From: Macrostomum lignano
Taxonomy: Eukaryota
Assembly (NCBI GenBank): GCA_002269645.1
Contig: NIVC01000355.1
Span: 62,001 to 126,000, forward strand
Direction of reading: 5' to 3'
DNA length: 64,000 bases
The notes beneath the pieces are model-generated. The model was not told where the DNA came from, ran no database searches, and was given only the letters and a program-made list of their open reading frames with translations. Of this stretch, positions 11,464-23,400 are shown piece by piece. The position numbers were made by a program, and so were the translations under genes. Position 1 is the stretch's first letter. The number at the start of each line of letters is the position of its first letter.

Positions 11464-14400
11464 TTACTACCACTACTACTACTGCTACTAACATTAATAA
11501 TAATACTACTACTAGTACTACTACTAATACTACTACTACTACTCACCTGCTTGTCGTGGGTGCCGGCGCCGCCGCCGCTGTAGCCGCCGCCGCCGCCGCT
11601 GGCGCCGTTGTCTTCGCTGCCGCCGCCGCCACCGCCAAAGCCACCAACGGCGCCAGGATTCATTCCGCCGGGTTCGCCGCCGACGAACGGCTCCCTGGTG
11701 CCGGACAGTGGACCGCCGTGTCCGGCGCCGCCGTGCTCGGGTCCGGCGCGCCTGGCGCCACCGCTGAGCCAGCCGGCGCCGCAGCCGCCGTGGTAGCTGG
11801 CGGCCTCCGTGTTGGTCCAGCCGGCGCTACCGTTGAAGCCGCCCCGGCCAGTCTGGCCGAGATTCGGTCCGGACGAGTCGGTGCCGTTCGTGCCGGCCTG
11901 TCCGGGGACGCCGGTAAGGGTGTAGCTGGCGCCGCCGCCGCCGCCAGCGGCCAGGTAGAGGACCAGCGAGCGCGGGTTGTAGACAAAACTGCCGCCGCCA
12001 CCGCCCGTGCCAGCATTGTCTTCGATCTGGATTTTCAAGGGTACAGTCCAAGGTCACATCTCTGGAATTCTCTATGGTCTTTTCCTAGGGATTTTCCAAA
12101 ATCGTGTTTCAGGATAGGGAGTTTCCATTGTCGCGTCCCAGGAATTCTCCATGGTCTTTTCCTAGGGATTTTTCAAGGTCGTATTTCAGGGACTTTCCAT
12201 TGTCGTGTCCCAGGGATTTGCCAAGGTCGTATTCCAGGAATTTTCCATTGTCGTGACCCAGGGATTTACCAAGTTCACATTTCAGGAATTTTCCATTGTC
12301 GTGTCCTAGGGATTTGCCAAGGTCGTATTCCAGGAATTTTCCATTGTCGTGTCCTAGGGATTTGCCAAGGTCGTATTCCAGGAATTTTCCATTGTCGTGT
12401 CCCAGGAATTTTCTACGGTCTCTTCCTGGGGAGTTTCCTAGGGATGCTAGCAATAGGCGTTGTTAGTTTGGTTTTAGGAGTTACAATCCTTCGTGTTTGT
12501 GATGTTTCGGGTTTATGATGGGAAGTGATTTTGGAGTTGTCACTTCTAGGGTTTGTGATGAAACCCCCCCCCCCCGCCCTCACGTGAGGAAAGAGGCGAG
12601 AGCCAATCAGATGGCAGCGAGGGGGAGAGAAGAATAACAAGACTGAACAAGACAGAGAGGGAGAGAGATAAGAATAACAGGACTGAACCAGACAGAGCGG
12701 GAGAGAGATAAGAATAACAGGACTGAACCAGACAGAGCGGGAGAGAGATAAGAATAACAGGACTGAACCAGACAGAGAGGGAGAGAGATAAGAATAACAG
12801 GACTGAACCAGACAGAGCGGGAGAGAGATAAGAATAACAGGACTGAACCAGACAGAGAGGGAGAGAGATAAGAATAACAGGACTGAACCAGACAGAGAGG
12901 GAGAGAGATAAGAATAACAAGACTGAACCAGACAGAGCGGGAGAGAGATAAGAATAACAGGACTGAACCAGACAGAGAGGGAGAGAGATAAGAATAACAG
13001 GACTGAACCAGACAGAGCGGGAGAGAGATAAGAATAACAGGACTGAACCAGACAGAGAGGGAGAGAGATAAGAATAACAAGACTGAACCAGACAGAGAGG
13101 GAGAGAGATGAGAATAACAGGACTGAACCAGACAGAGAGGGAGAGAGAACAGAGTAAACAGAGGCCAATAGCAGATGAACTGAAGAAAGTCGCTGAAAAA
13201 AGTACTTTTCAAATCCAAAAGTAAAGAAAATCTAGAAAGAAAGCATTACCGACGGCCGACGAGAAGGCGAAACTTCGCTAGAATTGCCTCCATGTTGGCC
13301 GACAACAATTGCCAGCATCTGGCCGCGCTCCAGACGAAATTTGCCTCGCGCCGAGGCGCCCCGTCCACCGAGCCAGGTGCCGCCGCCCGAGTTTCCGTAG
13401 CTGGTCGAGTGGTTGCCACCCGCCGCGCCTGCGGCCGAGATTTCAAAGCAGCCAGTTTTTGGCACAAAATATCTGATGATGCTCCCTGTGGCGCCCTGGC
13501 CTGTGGCGTCGAATCGAACATCTGAAAAATGTCGGCGCTTTCCTATCATACTACTGTCCCGCCATAGGTCATCAGTAGCATAATCAGCGCTTTTTTATAT
13601 CTCACTCACATCTTGGCGCAGTGCAGAAATAATCCACCTCAATGCGCATCATGCCGCCGCTGAAGGAGAAACACTCGTCTGGGATGATGTCCTGGGATCG
13701 AATCGCAGTCTGGAGGAACGGGTCCATCAGCCAGGTGGTGTCCAGCTGGCAGCCTTCTTCTGTCTTCTTGCAGCTGCGGTTGTTTCCGGTTGAGGTGTAG
13801 GGCACTGCGTCCTTGACCCATCTGATCACTGACCCCTATCAGATCCCTGACCCATCTGATCACTGACCCTTATCAGATCCTTGACCCACCTGATCACTGA
13901 CCCATCTGATCCCTGACCCATCTGATCACTGACTCCTATCAGATCCCTGATCCATCTGATCACTGACCCATCTGATCTCTGACCCACCTGACCACTGACC
14001 CACTTGATTACTGACCCATCTGATCCTTGACCCACCTGATCACTGACCCATCTGATCCCTGACCCACCTGACCACTGACCCATCTGATCACTGACCCCTA
14101 TCAGATCCTTGACCCATCTGATCACTGACCCCTATCAGATCCTTGAATCCTTCGACCCTCCGATCCTTGACCCCCTTATGACCCCTCCGATCCTTGACTC
14201 CCTTATGACCCCTCCGATCCTTGACCTTTTCTATACTTGGCCCCTTCATATTCTTGACCCCCTCGTATTCTTAACCCCTCCTATACTTGACCCCCTCCGA
14301 TCCTTGACCCCCTCTGATCCTTGACCCCCTCCGATCCTTGACCCCCGATCCTTGACCCCCGATCCTTGACCTTTCCTATACTTGACCCCTTCCTATTCCT

Positions 14401-17400
14401 GACCCCCTTCGATCCTTGACCCCTGACCCACCTTTGATTATCGGCCCCCTCGGATTCTTGAACCCCTCTGACCCCTCCGACCCGAGCGACTCACTTGCGC
14501 CGAACCCTAGCAAGCGCGGTATGCGAGGTGCAGTTGTAGATGCTGCATCCGGCATCCTCCGCCACCATCGCGGCCACAGCCGAGCTGCTGCGTCCCCGAG
14601 TGAGGTTCTCAAGCTTAACCGAGCACTTCAGCTTTGAGTAGCGCACCTGCAGGATGCCCATGGTTGAGCGCTCGCCGCAGACCAGCGGCGACTCCCGCCG
14701 GCCGTCAGTGTCGAACATGACCACAGTGTGAAGGGTCGAGTTGCCTGCGAAAGGTTGATGGAGTGAAATTTATTCTGTCACTCGCATGTCACTCCCTTTG
14801 CTAGAACTCCCACTGTCACTCCCATGCATTCTTTCTTTCTCCAATTCTGCCATTCCGATTCTGTCACTGCCATTCTGTCACTCCTATTCTGTCACTTTCA
14901 TTCTGTCACTCCAATTCTGTCACTCTCTATTCTGTCCCTCCCTATTCTGTCACTGCCATTCTGTCACTCTCATCTTGTCACTCTCATCTTGTCACACCCA
15001 TTTTGTCACCCCCATTCTGTCACTGCCATTCTGTCACTCTGATTTATGTCACTCATATTTTGTCACTAAAATTCTGTCATTCCCATTCTGTCACTCCAAT
15101 TCTGTCACTCCCATTCTGTCACTCCCATTCCGTCACTCCGGAACTCACCGCGGAAGCTGACGCACACCTCGCTAGAGTATTTCTGCCCGTTGAGCACGTT
15201 CATCCCCTTGCAGCAGATGGGGTAGTAGAGATTCACGTGGGTCAGGCTCAGGCTCTGTCCTTTGGTCGCAACCAACTGACTGGTCTGGATAATCCGCCAG
15301 GAATAGGTGACCTCCGGCATGCCCACATCCGCTTGGCAACTGAGGGTGTCCGAGTTGTCGATGCTGCTGTCGTTGGTAACGACTCGACCTGTGGCCGCAT
15401 TGATTATACTGACTCGCCTGAGACCGGCTTTGTAGGCCACCTGGGTGGGGATTGAGAGTTTCATTGCTTTGGGGAAATTTTGAAAGTACTGGATTCTTAT
15501 AAAGATTTTAGAAAGTATCAGGAGACTACTGTAAGTGTCAGGATTCTACATTAGGTGTCAGGAGACTACAGTAGATGTCAGGAGACTACAGTAGATGTCA
15601 GGAAACTACAGTAGATGTCAGGAGACTACAGTAGATGTCAGGAGACTACAGTAGATGTCAGGAGACTACAGTAGATGTCAGGAGACTACAGTTTCAGGAG
15701 GTTACAGTGTCAGGATTCTACAGTGTCAGGATTCTACAGTAAGTGTCAGGATTCTACAGTAAGTGTCAAGAGACTACAGTACATGTCAGGAGACTACAGT
15801 ACATGTCAGGATTCTACAGTAAGTGTCAGAAGTCTACACAGGTCCCCAGAAGACACAGGGATGTCAGGGATGTCAGGGATATCAGGGATATCAGTGATGT
15901 CAGGGGATGTCAGGGATGTCAGGGATATCAGTGATGTCAGGGGATGTCAGGGGGTGTCAGGAAGGTCAGGGGATGTCAAGGGGTTGTCAGGGATGTCAGG
16001 GATGTCAGGGATGTCAGGGATGTTAGGGATGTCAGGAATGTCAGGGATGTCAGGAATGTCAGGGATGTCAGGTATGTCAGGGATGCTAATGACACACCTT
16101 CAACCGTTGGGTTGCGGTCTCCAAAGTGAGCGGATCGTCAGCCCGACACTCGAACGAGTCGGTGGCATTGTTCGCGTCGGGCTGGTAGGCCAGGTTCTGC
16201 CGGACAGTCAGGCTGCTGCCGTCGGCGCTCCAGTCGAATTCGAAGTCGGTGGGCAGCGAGGGCACTGCGGCACCGTTGCGGAACAGAGTCAGCTGGGCCT
16301 GCTGGGGCGCGCTGGGCGACACGACCACCTGGCACGAGACGGTGTTGGCCTGCGACTTCAAAGGCGCGTCGCTGGCTGAATTCAGCTCGAGGGAAGCCTG
16401 TCGGGGTTCGAATTTTGTAGGATTTGTTTAAATGGGGTGCGAATATGACTTTTTGTTTATCTGCTTTGCTTTAACCTAATCAGAGGTCTATTAAATTTCC
16501 AAAGAAATTACCAATAGTTTACAATTGTCTGCAGTAGCAAGCATCAATCTACAATAGTAAAAATCAGACTACAGAAAACTACAGTAAACAAACAGCATAC
16601 TACAGAAGGCTACAGCATAACTACAGTAAGCTACAGCATAACTACAGTAAGCTACAGCATAACTACAGTAGGCTACAGCATAACTACAGTAAGCTACAGC
16701 ATACTACAGTAAGCTACAGCATAACTACAGTAAGCTACAGCATAACTAAAGTAAGCTACAGCATATACTACAGTAAGCTACAGCATAATACAGTAAGCTA
16801 CAGCATAACTACAGTAAGCTACAGCATAACTACAGTAAGCTACAGCACAACTACAGTAAGCTACAGCATACTACAGTAGGCTACAGCATAACTACAGTAA
16901 GCTACAGCATACTACAGTAGGCTACAGCATACTACAGTTAGCTACAGCATAACTACAGTAGGCTACATCATAGTACAGTTAGCTACAGGATAACTACAGT
17001 AGGCTACAGCATAACTACAGTAAGCTACAGCATACTACAGTAGGCTACAGCATAACTACAGTAAGCTACAGCATACTACAGTAGGCTACAGCATACTACA
17101 GTAGGCTACAGCATACTACAGTAGGCTACAGCATACTACAGTAGGCTACAGCATAACTACAGTAGACTACAGCATAACTACAGTAGACTACAGCATAACT
17201 ACAGTAAGCTACAGCATAACTACAGTAGGCTACAGCATAACTACAATAGGCTACAGCATACTACAGTAAGCTACAACATAACTACAGTAGGCTACAGCAT
17301 AACTACAGTAAGCTACAGCATATACTACAGTAAGCTACAGCATAATACAGTAAGCTACAGCAAAACTACAGTAAGCTACAGCATAACTACAGTAAGCTAC

Positions 17401-20400
17401 AGCATATACTACAGTAAGCTACAGCATACTACAGTAAGCTACAGCATAACTACAGTAGGCTACATCATAACTACAGTAAGCTACAGCACAACTACAGTAA
17501 GCTACAGCATACCACAGTAGGCTACAGCATAACTACAGTAAGCTACAGCATATACTACAGTAAGCTACAGCATATACTACAGTAAGCTACAGAATAACTA
17601 CAGAAAACAACAGCATAACTACAGTAAGCTACAGCATAACTACAGTAGGCTACAGCATAACTACAGTAAGCTACAGCATACTACAGTAGGCTACAGCATA
17701 ACTACAGTAAGCTACAGCATAATACAGTAAGCTACAGCATAACTACAGTAAGCTACAGCGTAACTATAGTAGGCTACAGAATAACTACAGTAAACAACAG
17801 CATAACTACAGTAAGCTACAGCATAACTACAGTAGGCTACAGCATAACAGTTAGCTACAGCATAACTACAGTAGGCTACAGCATAACTACAGTAGGCTAC
17901 AGCATAACTACAGTAAGCTACAGCATATACCACAGTAAGCTAGAGCATTTTCTACAGTAAGCTACAGAATAACTACAGTAAACAACAGCATAACTACAGT
18001 GAGCTACAGCATAACTACAGTAGGCTACAGCATAACTACAATAGGCTACAGCATACTACAGTAAGCTACAACATAACTACAGTAGGCTACAGCATAACTA
18101 CAGTAAGCTACAGCATATACTACAGTAAGCTACAGCATAATACAGTAAGCTACAGCAAAACTACAGTAAGCTACAGCATAACTACAGTAAGCTACAGCAT
18201 ATACTACAGTAAGCTACAGCATACTACAGTAAGCTACAGCATAACTACAGTAGGCTACATCATAACTACAGTAAGCTACAGCACAACTACAGTAAGCTAC
18301 AGCATACCACAGTAGGCTACAGCATAACTACAGTAAGCTACAGCATATACTACAGTAAGCTACAGCATATACTACAGTAAGCTACAGAATAACTACAGAA
18401 AACAACAGCATAACTACAGTAAGCTACAGCATAACTACAGTAGGCTACAGCATAACTACAGTAAGCTACAGCATACTACAGTAGGCTACAGCATAACTAC
18501 AGTAAGCTACAGCATAATACAGTAAGCTACAGCATAACTACAGTAAGCTACAGCGTAACTACAGTAGGCTACAGAATAACTACAGTAAACAACAGCATAA
18601 CTACAGTAAGCTACAGCATAACTACAGTAGGCTACAGCATAACAGTTAGCTACAGCATAACTACAGTAGGCTACAGCATAACTACAGTAAGCTACAGCAT
18701 AACTACAGTAAGCTACAGCACAACTACAGTAAGCTACAGCATACTACAGTAGGCTACAGCATAACTACAGTAAGCTACAGCATACTACAGTAGGCTACAG
18801 CATACTACAGTTAGCTACAGCATAACTACAGTAGGCTACATCATAGTACAGTTAGCTACAGGATAACTACAGTAGGCTACAGCATAACTACAGTAAGCTA
18901 CAGCATACTACAGTAGGCTACAGCATAACTACAGTAAGCTACAGCATACTACAGTAGGCTACAGCATACTACAGTAGGCTACAGCATACTACAGTAGGCT
19001 ACAGCATACTACAGTAGGCTACAGCATAACTACAGTAGACTACAGCATAACTACAGTAGACTACAGCATAACTACAGTAAGCTACAGCATAACTACAGTA
19101 GGCTACAGCATAACTACAATAGGCTACAGCATACTACAGTAAGCTACAACATAACTACAGTAGGCTACAGCATAACTACAGTAAGCTACAGCATATACTA
19201 CAGTAAGCTACAGCATAATACAGTAAGCTACAGCAAAACTACAGTAAGCTACAGCATAACTACAGTAAGCTACAGCATATACTACAGTAAGCTACAGCAT
19301 ACTACAGTAAGCTACAGCATAACTACAGTAGGCTACATCATAACTACAGTAAGCTACAGCACAACTACAGTAAGCTACAGCATACCACAGTAGGCTACAG
19401 CATAACTACAGTAAGCTACAGCATATACTACAGTAAGCTACAGCATATACTACAGTAAGCTACAGAATAACTACAGAAAACAACAGCATAACTACAGTAA
19501 GCTACAGCATAACTACAGTAGGCTACAGCATAACTACAGTAAGCTACAGCATACTACAGTAGGCTACAGCATAACTACAGTAAGCTACAGCATAATACAG
19601 TAAGCTACAGCATAACTACAGTAAGCTACAGCGTAACTATAGTAGGCTACAGAATAACTACAGTAAACAACAGCATAACTACAGTAAGCTACAGCATAAC
19701 TACAGTAGGCTACAGCATAACAGTTAGCTACAGCATAACTACAGTAGGCTACAGCATAACTACAGTAGGCTACAGCATAACTACAGTAAGCTACAGCATA
19801 TACCACAGTAAGCTAGAGCATTTTCTACAGTAAGCTACAGAATAACTACAGTAAACAACAGCATAACTACAGTGAGCTACAGCATAACTACAGTAGGCTA
19901 CAGCATAACTACAATAGGCTACAGCATACTACAGTAAGCTACAACATAACTACAGTAGGCTACAGCATAACTACAGTAAGCTACAGCATATACTACAGTA
20001 AGCTACAGCATAATACAGTAAGCTACAGCAAAACTACAGTAAGCTACAGCATAACTACAGTAAGCTACAGCATATACTACAGTAAGCTACAGCATACTAC
20101 AGTAAGCTACAGCATAACTACAGTAGGCTACATCATAACTACAGTAAGCTACAGCACAACTACAGTAAGCTACAGCATACCACAGTAGGCTACAGCATAA
20201 CTACAGTAAGCTACAGCATATACTACAGTAAGCTACAGCATATACTACAGTAAGCTACAGAATAACTACAGAAAACAACAGCATAACTACAGTAAGCTAC
20301 AGCATAACTACAGTAGGCTACAGCATAACTACAGTAAGCTACAGCATACTACAGTAGGCTACAGCATAACTACAGTAAGCTACAGCATAATACAGTAAGC

Positions 20401-23400
20401 TACAGCATAACTACAGTAAGCTACAGCGTAACTACAGTAGGCTACAGAATAACTACAGTAAACAACAGCATAACTACAGTAAGCTACAGCATAACTACAG
20501 TAGGCTACAGCATAACAGTTAGCTACAGCATAACTACAGTAGGCTACAGCATAACTACAGTAGGCTACAGCATAACTACAGTAAGCTACAGCATACTACA
20601 GTAGGCTACAGCATACTACAGTAGGCTACAGCATACTACAGTAGGCTACAGCATACTACAGTAGGCTACAGCATAACTACAGTAGACTACAGCATAACTA
20701 CAGTAGACTACAGCATAACTACAGTAAGCTACAGCATAACTACAGTAGGCTACAGCATAACTACAATAGGCTACAGCATACTACAGTAAGCTACAACATA
20801 ACTACAGTAGGCTACAGCATAACTACAGTAAGCTACAGCATATACTACAGTAAGCTACAGCATAATACAGTAAGCTACAGCAAAACTACAGTAAGCTACA
20901 GCATAACTACAGTAAGCTACAGCATATACTACAGTAAGCTACAGCATACTACAGTAAGCTACAGCATAACTACAGTAGGCTACATCATAACTACAGTAAG
21001 CTACAGCACAACTACAGTAAGCTACAGCATACCACAGTAGGCTACAGCATAACTACAGTAAGCTACAGCATATACTACAGTAAGCTACAGCATATACTAC
21101 AGTAAGCTACAGAATAACTACAGAAAACAACAGCATAACTACAGTAAGCTACAGCATAACTACAGTAGGCTACAGCATAACTACAGTAAGCTACAGCATA
21201 CTACAGTAGGCTACAGCATAACTACAGTAAGCTACAGCATAATACAGTAAGCTACAGCATAACTACAGTAAGCTACAGCGTAACTACAGTAGGCTACAGA
21301 ATAACTACAGTAAACAACAGCATAACTACAGTAAGCTACAGCATAACTACAGTAGGCTACAGCATAACAGTTAGCTACAGCATAACTACAGTAGGCTACA
21401 GCATAACTACAGTAGGCTACAGCAAAACTACAGTAAGCTACAGCATATACCACAGTAAGCTACAGCATTTTCTACAGTAAGCTACAGAATAACTACAGTA
21501 AACAACAGCATAACTACAGTGAGCTACAGCATAACTACAGTAGGCTACAGCATAACTACAGTAAGCTACAGCATAACTACAGTAGGCTACAGCATAACTA
21601 CAGTAAGCTACAGCATACTACAGTAAGCTACAGCATAACTACAGTAGGCTACAGCATACTACAGTAAGCTACAGCATAACTACAGTAGGCTACAGCATAA
21701 CTACAGTAAGCTACAGCATATACTACAGTAAGCTACAGCATACTACAGTTAGCTACAGCATAACTACAGTAGGCTACATCATAACTACAGTAAGTTACAG
21801 CACAACTACAGTAAGCTACAGCATACTACAGTAAGCTACAGCATAGCTACAGTAGGCTACAGCATAACTACAGTAAGCTACAGCATAACTACAGTAGGCT
21901 ACAGCATAACTACAGTAAGCTACAGCATATACTACAGTAAGCTACAGCATACTACAGTTAGCTACAGCATAACTACAGTAGGCTACATCATAACTACAGT
22001 AAGCTACAGCACAACTACAGTAAGCTACAGCATAACTACAGTAGGCTACAGCATAACTACAGTAAGCTACAGCATTTTCTACAGTAAGCTACAGAATAAC
22101 TACAGTAAACAACAGCATAACTACAGTAAGCTACAGCATAACTACAGTAGGCTACAGCATAACTACAGTAAGCTACATCATAACTACAGTAGGCTACAGC
22201 ATAACTACAGTAAGCTACAGCATACTACAGTAAGCTACAGCATAACTACAGTAGGCTACAGCATACTACAGTAAGCTACAGCATAACTACAGTAGGCTAC
22301 AGCATAACTACAGTAAGCTACAGCATAACTACAGTAGGCTAAAGCATAACTACAGTAAGCTACAGCATACTACAGTAAGCTACAGCATAATTACAGTTAG
22401 CTACAGCATAACTACAGTAGGCTACAGCATAACTACAGTAAGCTACAGCATACTACAGTAGGCTACAGCATAACTACAGTAGGCTACAGCATAACTACAG
22501 TAGGCTACAGCATAACTACAGTAGGCTACAGCATAACTACAGTAAGCTACAGCATAATACAGTAAGCTACAGCATAACTACAATAGGCTACAGCATACTA
22601 CAGTAAGCTACAGCATAACTACAGTAGGCTACAGCATAACTACAGTAAGCTACAGCATATACTACAGTAAGCTACAGCATACTACAGTTAGCTACAGCAT
22701 AACTACAGTAGGCTACATCATAACTACAGTAAGCTACAGCACAACTACAGTAAGCTACAGCATACTACAGTAGGCTACAGCATAACTACAGTAAGCTACA
22801 GCATACTACAGTAGGCTACAGCATAACTACAGTAAGCTACAGCATAACTACAGTAAGCTACAGCATACTACAGTAGGCTACAGCATACTACAGTAAGCTA
22901 CAGCATACTACAGTAGGCTACAGCATACTACAGTTAGCTACAGCATAACTACAGAAGGCTACATCATACTACAGTTAGCTACAGCATAACTACAGTAGGC
23001 TACAGCATAACTACAGTAAGCTACAGCATACTACAGTAGGCTACAGCATAACTACAGTAAGCTACAGCATAACTACAGTAAGCTACATCATAACTACAGT
23101 AAGCTACAGCATAACTACAGTAAGCTACAGCATAACTACAGTAAGCTACAGCATATACTACAGTAAGCTACAGAATAACTACAGTAAGCTACAGAATAAC
23201 TACAGTAAACAACAGCATAACTACAGTAAGCTACAGCATAACTACAGTAGGCTACAGCATATACTACAGTAAGCTACAGCATTTTCTACAGTAAGCTACA
23301 GAATAACTACAGTAAACAACAGCATAACTACAGTAAGCTACAGCATAACTACAGTAGGCTACAGCATAACTACAGTAAGCTACATCATAACTACAGTAGG

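Noticed and set aside
11238-12518. 426-aa plus-strand ORF (poly-Thr/Asn then Ala-rich)
   Set aside because: It is the antisense of the glycine-rich exon plus two intronic repeats.
12413-12620. GGGGF-containing stretch as an extra glycine-rich exon of gene B
   Set aside because: The glycines come from a G homopolymer; exons 13250 and 12026 already join in phase.
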